Below, piece after piece: positions 1 through 8,956 of a stretch of 22,296 nucleotides of DNA. Position 1 is the first letter of the stretch; each line of letters begins with the position of its first letter. Origin of the DNA: Candidatus Hodarchaeota archaeon (lineage in GTDB: Archaea; Asgardarchaeota; Heimdallarchaeia; Hodarchaeales; Hodarchaeaceae); contig JAHQWW010000059.1 of assembly GCA_029856365.1 (NCBI GenBank), positions 1 through 22,296 on the forward strand. Direction: 5' to 3'. A model generated the notes under the pieces. It did no database searches. It was not told where the DNA came from and saw only the letters and a list, made by a program, of their open reading frames with translations. Position numbers and translations under genes: made by a program.

Positions 1-616
1 CGGGAGGGAACATATCATCCCAGGATTCAACACCGTATTTTTCAATTAGTTGTTTCTCTGCTTCTTTGAAACGTTTAGGGTGCCAGTCTCTAATAATTGT
101 ATTCATTGGGTGATCAGCTGATCCACAATCGACACCTATCCATTTGAACTCCATATCCATTGCCCATTGGGGGAAGTCTTTATCTGGTCCTGGATGTTTG
201 ACAAAATATCTCAACTCATCGCTCTCAGGTTGATCCCAAGCATAGCGCTGATAACCTGTCTTTATAAGGAGAATATCACCGCTTCTGATATCAGCTCTTT
301 CCATCAACATGTCTGGAGAATAGAGATCGTAATCAGTTAATGTTTCAGAAAGATCTACAACGACTCCAGGCCCACAAAATTCTTCCAGCTCCATGTCTCC
401 AATAGTTCGCCCAGCTGCAAAAAAATGAATTTCCCCATCAATATGTGTTCCCACATGATTGCTGGTAGTCAATATCTGCCCGTTAGCTCCTTGCCCCATA
501 TGTGCTCCTGCGATTCGTTTGAAATATTGTAATTGCAAAGGAACATAGCTTGGCCATGGAGGCGTATGGATAGAGAGACGTTGGGTTAAATCTATCATTC
601 GAAAAGATTTCGACAT
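1..616 (-). CDS. Cyclase family / kynurenine formamidase-like metal-dependent amidohydrolase (3' end lies outside the window)
   Basis: Not in the ORF track. Hand translation from ATG at 616 gives MSKSFRMIDLTQRLSIHTPPWPSY...TSNHVGTHIDGEIHF...GPGVVVDLS...GDILLIKTG...HPGP...WIGVDCGSADHPMNT and stays open for 205 codons to the edge. HxGTHxD, DLT/PxWP and GVD are Cyclase-family motifs. Confidence 0.92.
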   Translation of the reverse strand, partial: MSKSFRMIDLTQRLSIHTPPWPSYVPLQLQYFKRIAGAHMGQGANGQILTTSNHVGTHIDGEIHFFAAGRTIGDMELEEFCGPGVVVDLSETLTDYDLYSPDMLMERADIRSGDILLIKTGYQRYAWDQPESDELRYFVKHPGPDKDFPQWAMDMEFKWIGVDCGSADHPMNTIIRDWHPKRFKEAEKQLIEKYGVESWDDMFPP

Positions 617-780
617 TTTTTACCACAACAATAGATTAAATTAAGTGATTAGTAGTATACCTTCCTCTTGGATGAACTATTTTAGGATATTGCTCTTATT
701 TTCGTTCAAAGTCAGCATTACTTTTTTGTACTTAAGTTAGATATTTTTTATATTTTCCCGAGTAGTCGACCCAATTGGTT

Positions 781-828
781 GCATCTATATTTTCGTGTCA
801 TTTAGGAATCTTTGTCACTTATAGATGC
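781..828. promoter_or_regulatory. 9-bp inverted repeat GCATCTATA-N30-TATAGATGC in the divergent cyclase/eutA intergenic region
   Basis: Arms at 781-789 and 820-828 are exact reverse complements. The spacer contains TGTCA twice. A regulatory function is inferred only. Confidence 0.3.
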
Positions 829-910
829 TTTTCATTGATTAGTATTAACTATTAGGACATAAGATTAAAAATGTCTATTAGAAACTACCCGATAGGAAGC
901 AGATCTCGCA

Positions 911-2359
911 ATGATATCAACAGAAGTAGAGAAACGAATTTCTAGTGTCGGTATTGATGTGGGAACTAGTACATCTCATTTGATTTTCTCAGAATTAGTG
1001 TTAAGGAAGGATCCAAGCTCAAGAACAGAGAAATATCATGTTGCAGAGAGAAATATTCAGTATCGAGGAAATATCTTTTTCACTCCACTCACAGATAAAA
1101 ATGAGATAAATTTAGAAGAATTAATCCAGTATCTATTAAATGAATACGAAAAAGCTGGCAAAAACACAACAGAAATTGATACAGGAGCTGTTATAATTAC
1201 TGGAGAGTCAGCCAAGAAAGAGAATGCAGAAAAGATTATAGAAATTTTAGCTCGAAAAACAGGGAAATTTGTAGCTGCTAGTGCTGGGCCTAATTTTGAA
1301 TCAATCATTTCTGCTTATGGCTCTGGAGCAGTAAATTATTCTCATAAACATTCTTGTAAAGTTATTCATTCTGATGTAGGAGGGGGAACTTCAAATACTG
1401 CAGTTATCAATAATGGAGAGATAATAGCAACAGCTTGTATTAATGTTGGAGGTCGACTTTTTATTTTTAATGATAAGGATGAAATTATCCGATTAGAACC
1501 TGCTGGGAAAATTACATTAAAGCATTGTAAATTAGATTTAAGAATAGGGGACATTGTTACATCACAACAAAAGAATCAAATTGCCCATAAATTAGCATCC
1601 GCTTTACTAGAAGTTATTACAGGCCAAGAATTGTCAGCTTTTACAAAAGAACTTATGATAACAGCTCCAATCCCTACTGAAAGTCTTAAAGAAAAATCAT
1701 TTTGGAGTTTTTCTGGGGGTGTAGCAGAATATATTTATCAAAAAAATACTAAAAATTATAATGATCTCGGAGAACAATTAGGTTACCAAATTCGATCACT
1801 GATTGAAGAATATAAACACAGTTGGATTGAAGTGCCCGAGAAAATCCGAGCGACTGTTATAGGTGCAAGTGAATATACGTTACAAGTAAGTGGATCCACA
1901 ACTTTCATGTCACCTAAAACAAAAGAGTCATTTTTTCCTATTAGAAATTTACCCATTGTTACACCAATAATTCAACAACAGATGCTATCAGAAGAATATG
2001 TTGCTACTCAAATTTCGACTGCATTAAAAAGACTTGACCTTCTTGAGGGGGAGGTGCCTTTAGCGTTAGCGTTTCATGATCCAGTTAGAACAGTTTACGA
2101 AAAATTAACGACATTTTCAAAGGGAATAGTAAAAGCTCTACCTAAAACGATCTTAAATAATAAACCCATTATAATGATATTTGATACGGATATTGGGAAC
2201 TCAGTAGGCAATGTTCTTCATCGGGTAACGGGGTTACAAAATAATATTCTGTCTATCGATGAGATTTCTTTGAAAGAAGGTGATTTCATTGATATTGGTC
2301 AGCCTGTTGTTAACAATCGGGTTTTTCCAGTTGTTATAAAATCTCTGGTTTTTGGATGA
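911..2359 (+). CDS. eutA: EutA-like ASKHA-superfamily ATPase (ethanolamine ammonia-lyase reactivating factor family)
   Basis: SVGIDVGTSTSHLIFS (phosphate-1), IITGESAKKENA, AGPNFESIISAYGSGA, DVGGGTSN (phosphate-2), NVGGRL, FSGGVAEY, IRATVIGA, and the C-terminal DFIDIGQP...PVVIKSLVF typical of EutA. 482 aa. Confidence 0.9.
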   Translation: MISTEVEKRISSVGIDVGTSTSHLIFSELVLRKDPSSRTEKYHVAERNIQYRGNIFFTPLTDKNEINLEELIQYLLNEYEKAGKNTTEIDTGAVIITGESAKKENAEKIIEILARKTGKFVAASAGPNFESIISAYGSGAVNYSHKHSCKVIHSDVGGGTSNTAVINNGEIIATACINVGGRLFIFNDKDEIIRLEPAGKITLKHCKLDLRIGDIVTSQQKNQIAHKLASALLEVITGQELSAFTKELMITAPIPTESLKEKSFWSFSGGVAEYIYQKNTKNYNDLGEQLGYQIRSLIEEYKHSWIEVPEKIRATVIGASEYTLQVSGSTTFMSPKTKESFFPIRNLPIVTPIIQQQMLSEEYVATQISTALKRLDLLEGEVPLALAFHDPVRTVYEKLTTFSKGIVKALPKTILNNKPIIMIFDTDIGNSVGNVLHRVTGLQNNILSIDEISLKEGDFIDIGQPVVNNRVFPVVIKSLVFG

Positions 2360-2365
2360 TAAATA

Positions 2366-2860
2366 ATGAAAATCCTAGGATTGATTTCCGATACTCATAT
2401 ACCCTCTCGACAAAAAAAACTTCCAAATTCGGTTATAAAGTCATTTTCAGAAGTAAGTGTCGATCTAATTATTCATGCAGGGGATTTAGAGGAATTATCA
2501 GTAGCTTCAGCACTTGAAGAGATTGCTCCACTCAAAGCTGTACAGGGGAACATGTGCAATAGCTCAGTAAAGAAAAGATATCCAAAGAAAGAAATTATAT
2601 CAATAGAAGATTTAGTAATTGGGGTGACCCATGGGAGTGGAAGCCCTACTGGATATCACAAACGTGTAATAAGTGAATTCAACAAAGATCCACGGCCTGA
2701 TATCATTGTAAGTGGGCATACACATCAACCCAACGCCAAAATTGAAAATAATATCCTGTTAATTAATCCGGGTACGCCCACAGACAGATATTTTGCCTCC
2801 CGTAACACAATAGCAGTCCTAGAAATTGATGGAAAGGACTATAAATATTATTTCATCTAA
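2366..2860 (+). CDS. YfcE/MJ0936/Vps29-family metallophosphoesterase
   Basis: Calcineurin-like motifs SDTH, HAGD, GN, HG, GHTH and INPG. It starts 6 nt after the eutA stop, so the two are probably co-transcribed. Confidence 0.9.
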   Translation: MKILGLISDTHIPSRQKKLPNSVIKSFSEVSVDLIIHAGDLEELSVASALEEIAPLKAVQGNMCNSSVKKRYPKKEIISIEDLVIGVTHGSGSPTGYHKRVISEFNKDPRPDIIVSGHTHQPNAKIENNILLINPGTPTDRYFASRNTIAVLEIDGKDYKYYFI

Positions 2861-2884
2861 ATAAAATGAACTTGAAAATTGTCA

Positions 2885-3361
2885 TTATTTTGATTTCAAT
2901 AATTCTTGAGCAAGTAACGCAGCATCGAAAATCGGTTTATACCCTGTGCAACGGCATAAATGCTCACCCAGTGCTGATTTAATTTCCTGTTCTGAGGCGT
3001 TAGGGTTCCTTTCATAAAGAGCATAAAGCTCCATAATGTATCCTGGAGTACAAAAACCACATTGAACCGCAGTGGCTTTAATGAAGGCTTCCTGAATTGG
3101 ATGTAACTTATCATCAGGGGATTGGGGAGAAATTCCTTCAATTGTTATCACATTTCCTCCTTCAAGCTTTTTGGGTCTAATAAGACAGGATTTAACAGCC
3201 TTACCGTTTAAAACAACAGTACATGCTCCGCAATGACCCTGATTACACCCATTTTTTGTTCCAGTTAAATTGAGCTTTTCACGAAGAATTGATAGCAGTG
3301 AATCCTTAGGATCAACTGTTAGTGTGTATTTTCTCCCATTGACAACAAGGTTAACCTCCAT
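2885..3361 (-). CDS. 2x[2Fe-2S] small subunit of a xanthine-oxidase-family molybdenum hydroxylase (CoxS/XdhC-like)
   Basis: TGTKNGCNQGHCGAC..C and QCGFCTPG...CRCTGY cluster-binding motifs. An AGGAG SD lies within the end of the upstream gene. Confidence 0.95.
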   Translation of the reverse strand: MEVNLVVNGRKYTLTVDPKDSLLSILREKLNLTGTKNGCNQGHCGACTVVLNGKAVKSCLIRPKKLEGGNVITIEGISPQSPDDKLHPIQEAFIKATAVQCGFCTPGYIMELYALYERNPNASEQEIKSALGEHLCRCTGYKPIFDAALLAQELLKSK

Positions 3362-3365
3362 ACCA

Positions 3366-5687
3366 TCAACTCCTCTCTTTTAAACATTCCAATACCTTTT
3401 CAGGGGTCACTGGTAATTTTGTTAATGATATTCCAGTAGCATATTGGAAAGCATTGAGAATAGCAGGAGGTACACCAATAATGGGGTGTTCAGCCATCGG
3501 TCTAGCTCCAAATGGCCCGTTTGGTTGAATATTTTCGACTAGAATACAAGTGAACTTATCTGGCATATCGAATATTGTAGGGATCTGATATCGCTTTAAA
3601 TTTGTCGTTTTCATGATTCCATATTCGTCAAAAAGGATTTTCTCTTTTACTGCAGCTCCTATACCCATTAAAACTCCCCCAGTGATTTGACCAATTACAG
3701 TTTCAGGATTAATCACCTTGCCAATATCTAGAGCTGTAACAAAATGTAGAACTCTTATTCTTCCAGTAGCTTTCTCAATACTTATATCACAACCTTGTGC
3801 TCCAAAAGTCCATTCATAAGGCTGGTATTGTCCTGTTTCGAGGTTTGGAAGGGTGACATCTCGAACAACAGAGGATCCAATCGCTAGAACTGGATCACCT
3901 ACAGTGTGACCATCTTCGTATTGATATCCAAGAACGAGATTTTCTAGTGGAATAGATTCATCCTTATAGGAAACAGTTCTCCCATCATACACCAAATCAT
4001 CAAAATCGCAATTAAAGACTAATGCAGCGTTGTTTTTGAACTGTGTAATTGCTTTATCACAAGCAGCGATTATAGCATTTCCAACCCTCATTGTGGTCAT
4101 ACTTGCGACAGTCTGCCATTCATAGGGAGTTAATTGTGAGTTAATTTCGTAATTAATACGAATTTTTTCCACAGAAACCTTCAGAGATTCAGCTGCAATT
4201 TGAGCTAGAACCGTTAGACACCCTTGTCCCATTTCGGTCCCTCCGGTAGAAATATTAACGGTTAAATCTTCATTGAATTTCAAAAAAACGTTTGATGAAG
4301 CATTTGCAGCTTGTACGGGTGATTTGACTAAGGCAGCAATCCCTCTTCCATATATATATCGATCATCTTTTTCTGGTAATGGATCTACTTCAAGAACCTT
4401 AATCATTTTTTCGAAACATTCTCTAATATCGCCATTATCAGTGGTAATTTTTTGACCTAAAGAATTGGTATCCCCAGGTTTAAGGAAATTCTTCATACGA
4501 ATTTCTCTTGAATTTATTTCAAGTTTAAGCGCGAGTTGTTCAATTAATCTTTCAATCATAAATTGCCCTTCAGGATGACCATAACCTCTCATTGCTCCCA
4601 CAGGTGGAGTGTTTGTATATACACCAAACGATTGGAGACTACAATTAGGAAAATAGTAGGGGCCAGCGCAGTTATGACCTGCTGCCAAGACTACATTGCA
4701 ACTCGTATCTGCATATGCTCCATCAGAGAAATACAATTGAGCTTCGAGTCCTACAAAGATTCCATCTTGTTTTGCACCGATTTTCATTCTTCCTTTTAGA
4801 CCTCGGCCTAACACAGTGCCAATGAACACTTCTTTTCGGGTAAGGCGGAATTTTAGATAATATCCTGGGACATATCGAGCGCAAAGCGCTAAAAGGGGTT
4901 CAATTGTATAATCTGATTTACCTCCAAATCCACCTCCAAGAAATGGAACATTCACCTGAATTTTATTCATCGAAAGTTTGAACATGTCTGCAAGGACTTC
5001 TCGCACAACAAATGGCGCTTGGGAACTACTCCATATATGTAACTCCCCAGTATGATCCCAGTGAGCCACTGCTCCGTGAGGTTCAATTGCTGCATGATTC
5101 ATTAATGGATATTCAAATTCATCCTCAACAATCACAGCAGCTTCTTGAAATACATTTTCATGATCTCCTTTCTTCAAATGATATTTATAAAAAATATTTG
5201 ATTTTGGTATAGGAATAAAAGTTGAAAGATGTTTATACTCACCATTTCGTTTATGAATAAGAGGTGCTTTTGAAGAAGTAGCCTCAATTGGATCTAGTAC
5301 AAAGGGTAATTCTACGAGTTCTACTTTTATTTTCTTTACTGCTTCTAATGCTTTCTTCTCACTCTCTGCTATAACAGCTGCTACTACCTCACCTGCATGT
5401 CTAATCTTGTCAAATGCTATTGGAGGTTGATCAAAAATACAAGTTCCATATAATAAGGTTTTCTCGACCCTTTTTGTATTTCTACTAATGATTTTATATA
5501 CTCCTTCTATTGACTCTGCCTCAGTTGTATCAATCGATTTAATCTGAGCATGAGGCACACCAGCACGCAAAACTTTTAGGTAAAGTGTTCGTGGGAATCG
5601 TAAATCATCAATATAAATGGCAGCACCAGTTACCTTTTCCTTGGCGTCTGCTCGTATAATCGATCTTCCAACAACATTGTAAGACAT
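3366..5687 (-). CDS. Xanthine dehydrogenase/aldehyde oxidase family molybdopterin-binding large subunit
   Basis: KVTGAAIYIDD, HAAIEPH, SSQAP, GGGFGGK, AMRGYGHPE, TEMGQG, ASMTT, INP...GQITGG, GPFGARPMAEHP. 773 aa. Confidence 0.95.
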   Translation of the reverse strand: MSYNVVGRSIIRADAKEKVTGAAIYIDDLRFPRTLYLKVLRAGVPHAQIKSIDTTEAESIEGVYKIISRNTKRVEKTLLYGTCIFDQPPIAFDKIRHAGEVVAAVIAESEKKALEAVKKIKVELVELPFVLDPIEATSSKAPLIHKRNGEYKHLSTFIPIPKSNIFYKYHLKKGDHENVFQEAAVIVEDEFEYPLMNHAAIEPHGAVAHWDHTGELHIWSSSQAPFVVREVLADMFKLSMNKIQVNVPFLGGGFGGKSDYTIEPLLALCARYVPGYYLKFRLTRKEVFIGTVLGRGLKGRMKIGAKQDGIFVGLEAQLYFSDGAYADTSCNVVLAAGHNCAGPYYFPNCSLQSFGVYTNTPPVGAMRGYGHPEGQFMIERLIEQLALKLEINSREIRMKNFLKPGDTNSLGQKITTDNGDIRECFEKMIKVLEVDPLPEKDDRYIYGRGIAALVKSPVQAANASSNVFLKFNEDLTVNISTGGTEMGQGCLTVLAQIAAESLKVSVEKIRINYEINSQLTPYEWQTVASMTTMRVGNAIIAACDKAITQFKNNAALVFNCDFDDLVYDGRTVSYKDESIPLENLVLGYQYEDGHTVGDPVLAIGSSVVRDVTLPNLETGQYQPYEWTFGAQGCDISIEKATGRIRVLHFVTALDIGKVINPETVIGQITGGVLMGIGAAVKEKILFDEYGIMKTTNLKRYQIPTIFDMPDKFTCILVENIQPNGPFGARPMAEHPIIGVPPAILNAFQYATGISLTKLPVTPEKVLECLKERS

Positions 5688-5819
5688 TAGATTAACCCCA
5701 ATAAAAATAGGTTTTCTGATTTTTAATTTAAATGTATTGCTAGGCCTAGAAGGATAAAGCTAAAAGGTAAAGAAATCAACAACAACAGACATCTTAGTTT
5801 AGTAAGTAATGATGAGAGT

Positions 5820-7079
5820 TTGATCGATATGCATGATATTTTGTTAAATGAAAGTGAGAGAGAATTGAAGAACCAAGCCCGAGAATTTATAAAATCAATT
5901 CCTTCATCCTGGTTACGAAAAATGGATCAAAACGAGATCCAATATCCTACTGATTATGTGAAAGCGGTAGCTGAAAAGAAACTCCTTGGTATTCGCTTTC
6001 CTAAAGAGTACGGTGGTCAGGGATTAGGATGGATTGCAGAAGTATCCATACTAGAGGAGATTGGTGTTCTCGGGGCATCCCTTGGATGCTTGTATTCTCT
6101 ACCCAGTATTGTTGGCGAGGCAATTAATATATTTGGTAATGAAGAACAGAAAAGAGAATACTTGGAACCAATCATCAGAGGAAAACTGTTTTGTGCAGAA
6201 GCTCTAACTGAACCAAGAGGAGGTTCCGATTTCTTTGGAGCCACCTGTACTGCGGAAAGACAAGGTGATGTATTTATTTTAAATGGACAAAAAAGATTTG
6301 TCGTGGGATCTGAAGGAGCAGACGTGTTTCTTGTCTATGCGAAAACTGATTTGAAAGCTAAAGATCCCAGAAAATCTATTAGCACTTTTATTGTCAGGCG
6401 AGATGTAGGAGTAGAGGTGAAACATGTTTATGGATTAATGGGTACTCGTGGAGGAGGTACTGGAAGATTAAATTTCAATAATGTTGAGGTTCCAATGAAG
6501 AATTTAATAGGGGAGCTCAACCAGGGTGGTGAAATATTCAATCAGATGATGATTCCAGAGCGAATGACTAGTGCTGCGGGAGCTATTGGTGCAGCAAGAG
6601 CTGGTTTTGAAGTTGCAGCTAGATATAGCAATCGTAGAAAAGCTTTTGGCCAACTTATCAGAAGATTTCAAGGAGTGAGTTTTAAACTAGCGGATAGCAT
6701 AACGTTACTTGATGCCGCTAGATCATTAGTTTTTACAACCGCAAAGACTATAGAATCCAATAAGGGCTTTACTAGTGGAGAAATCCGTCGAAAGGTTTCT
6801 GAAACCAAAAAATTTGCCACTGATTCAGCTTGGGCAGTTATTAACCATGCAATGCAGATTATGGGGGGAATTGGATATACTAATGTATACCCTGTTGAAC
6901 GACTATTAAGAGACATTAGATTAATGACGATTTGGACTGGAACTAATGAAATTATGAATCTACTCATTCAACATGAGTACTATCGTGAATTTCTCAAACG
7001 ACCTCAAGAATTGATACCTCGTAACATCGAACAGGATGCAGTTGGAGCAGAATTCGAAGAAGAAAAGATCTTTGAATGA
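5820..7079 (+). CDS. Acyl-CoA dehydrogenase family flavoprotein
   Basis: [64 protein letters not shown]. Start is TTG 5820 or ATG 5829. Confidence 0.95.
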   Translation: MIDMHDILLNESERELKNQAREFIKSIPSSWLRKMDQNEIQYPTDYVKAVAEKKLLGIRFPKEYGGQGLGWIAEVSILEEIGVLGASLGCLYSLPSIVGEAINIFGNEEQKREYLEPIIRGKLFCAEALTEPRGGSDFFGATCTAERQGDVFILNGQKRFVVGSEGADVFLVYAKTDLKAKDPRKSISTFIVRRDVGVEVKHVYGLMGTRGGGTGRLNFNNVEVPMKNLIGELNQGGEIFNQMMIPERMTSAAGAIGAARAGFEVAARYSNRRKAFGQLIRRFQGVSFKLADSITLLDAARSLVFTTAKTIESNKGFTSGEIRRKVSETKKFATDSAWAVINHAMQIMGGIGYTNVYPVERLLRDIRLMTIWTGTNEIMNLLIQHEYYREFLKRPQELIPRNIEQDAVGAEFEEEKIFE

Positions 7080-7164
7080 AGATCCTAGTGAAAATCTTGT
7101 TTAACTAAATTTGAAAAGAATCTAAGGATTTAGATAACAAGGAGAGTATCAGAGAGTAATTTTC

Positions 7165-8742
7165 ATGTTTAGTGTTAAAACACATATAATTCGACAGCTA
7201 TACCGTGATTCAGTCCAACTAATGCGAGCCGCATCTGCAGCAAACAAATTAGAGGGAATCAAAATCGCTTCGGTTTTCATGGGTACTCCAAAAAATAAAT
7301 CTTTATTAGAAGAAGTAGGTCTTCTGACTCCTGAAGCCCAAAATGCAAAATCAAATGATATTATTATATCAGTTCATGCAGACACGAAATCCAATGCTTC
7401 TAAAGCTATTCAATATATAATCGATTTGATTTCTCAAGAAGTCACTACCCTAAAGGAAGTGGCTATATATCGATCAATACGGGGTGCTTTAACAGGATTA
7501 ACTGATGCTAATTTGGCTGTGATTTCTATCCCAGGAGAATTTGCTGCACGAGAAACTCGCTTGGCATTAGAACAGAATCTAAATGTAATGTTGTTCTCTG
7601 ACAATGTACCGATTGAGGATGAAATTGCCCTGAAAAACAAAGCTCATGAGGAGGGATTGATAGTGATGGGACCTGATTGTGGTACTGCCATGATTAAAAA
7701 CGTTGGGTTGGGTTTTGCAAATGTAGTAATGCCAGGACCAATTGGGATTGTAGCAGCTTCTGGCACTGGAACCCAAGAGGTTATGGTATTATGTCATCAG
7801 AGGGGAATTGGTGTTACTCATGCAATTGGAACTGGATCACGAGATATAAAAGATTCTGTTGGTGGTGTAACAATGATTGACGGTCTGCATGGCCTTGATC
7901 ATGATCCTACAGTCCAATCAATAGTTATAGTCTCAAAACCCCCAGATAATAAAACTCTCCAAAAAGTCTTAGAAGAAGTACAAATATGTTCAAAACCTGT
8001 TATAATTAATTTTCTTGGAAAAAAGGCTGGATACTGCGATCATCCTGGAAAAACTCTTACTGTCAATACTTTAGAAGAGGTTGCTTATTCTGCTTCACAT
8101 TTCATACAATCTAAAGAACTTAAACGGATTTCTGTTATCTTTGATGATTATGAGGAAATTAAACGCATTCTATCCAAAACTAAATCTATCTTAATGCCCG
8201 AACAGAAGTATATTAGAGGATTATTTGCTGGAGGTACGTTTACTTACGAAGCAGCAATGATTATCTCTGACATTTTACGTCCAACTGAATCATTATGGAC
8301 AAATGTTAACTTAGGGGGAACAAAACAGATTGAAAATCCAAATATGAGTAGGGAGCATACTTTGATTGATATGGGGGCAGATGAATTCACTGTTGGAAAA
8401 CCTCATCCGATGATCGATCAAACAGAACGTACTCGGAGATTTTTGAAGGAAATTAAAGACCCTCAGACTGCGGTTATTTTAATAGACTTCGTCTTCGGCT
8501 GGGGATCCCATATCGATCCATTAACAGATATGCAAGATGCCTTCACTCAATGGGAATTGCTCGATCGAAATATTCCTATAGTAACACATCTCTGTGGAAC
8601 TGAGCTCGATCCTCAGGATTTAAACAAATCAATTCCGACATTAGAGGACTTAGGAATTTATGTTATGCCCACAAATGCTCAAGCAGCAAGGTTAGCTGCC
8701 TTAATCGCAACACGTGGAGACCTGAATCAATTAATGAAATAG
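7165..8742 (+). CDS. fdrA: FdrA/YahF-family protein (succinyl-CoA synthetase alpha-like; AllF-type subunit)
   Basis: YRDSVQLM, MGTPKNK, ISIPGEFAA.E, FSDNV..EDE..LK, MGPDCGT, AASGTGTQE, GTGSRD, SKPP, GLFAGGT, DMGADEFTVGKPHPMID, DFVFGWGSH.DP, GTELDPQ. Confidence 0.92.
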   Translation: MFSVKTHIIRQLYRDSVQLMRAASAANKLEGIKIASVFMGTPKNKSLLEEVGLLTPEAQNAKSNDIIISVHADTKSNASKAIQYIIDLISQEVTTLKEVAIYRSIRGALTGLTDANLAVISIPGEFAARETRLALEQNLNVMLFSDNVPIEDEIALKNKAHEEGLIVMGPDCGTAMIKNVGLGFANVVMPGPIGIVAASGTGTQEVMVLCHQRGIGVTHAIGTGSRDIKDSVGGVTMIDGLHGLDHDPTVQSIVIVSKPPDNKTLQKVLEEVQICSKPVIINFLGKKAGYCDHPGKTLTVNTLEEVAYSASHFIQSKELKRISVIFDDYEEIKRILSKTKSILMPEQKYIRGLFAGGTFTYEAAMIISDILRPTESLWTNVNLGGTKQIENPNMSREHTLIDMGADEFTVGKPHPMIDQTERTRRFLKEIKDPQTAVILIDFVFGWGSHIDPLTDMQDAFTQWELLDRNIPIVTHLCGTELDPQDLNKSIPTLEDLGIYVMPTNAQAARLAALIATRGDLNQLMK

Positions 8743-8752
8743 GTGGATAAAG

Positions 8753-8923
8753 TTGGAGAAGTTAGATAAGCTGTTATCAACTGGACCAAAAGTTCTAAAT
8801 ATTGGATTACAATCGTTCTATGAATCATGTGAAACACAGGGAATACCTACTGTTCATATCCGTTGGGAACCTCCTGCCCAAGGTAACCCTGAGCTTCTAT
8901 CCTTATTAGATAAATTGCTTTAA
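8753..8923 (+). CDS. Small stand-alone FdrA-domain protein (56 aa)
   Basis: Not in the ORF track. TTG start preceded by AGGTGG SD; MEKLDKLLSTGPKVLNIGLQSFYESCETQGIPTVHIRWEPPAQGNPELLSLLDKLL. It matches the N(I/V)GL..F...QG..V...W.PPA.G motif found at the FdrA C-terminus or YahG N-terminus, and it fills the gap between fdrA and the DUF1116 gene. Confidence 0.85.
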   Translation: MEKLDKLLSTGPKVLNIGLQSFYESCETQGIPTVHIRWEPPAQGNPELLSLLDKLL

Positions 8924-8956
8924 TAGCCATACCCAAAGATTGAGGAATGGATTCTA

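Noticed and set aside
617-910. Cobalamin riboswitch upstream of eutA
   Set aside because: No recognisable B12-box or GGGAA/GCCACTG core; the region is AT-rich promoter-like DNA.
3366-5687. Aerobic CO dehydrogenase (CoxL) or true xanthine dehydrogenase assignment
   Set aside because: It lacks the AYxCSFR loop of form I CoxL and the GGGFGGKE motif of xanthine-oxidising enzymes, so only a family-level call is justified.
5740-5749. Perfect palindrome CTAGGCCTAG in the Mo-hydroxylase/acyl-CoA dehydrogenase divergent region
   Set aside because: A single 10-bp palindrome with no second copy; several are expected by chance in 22 kb.
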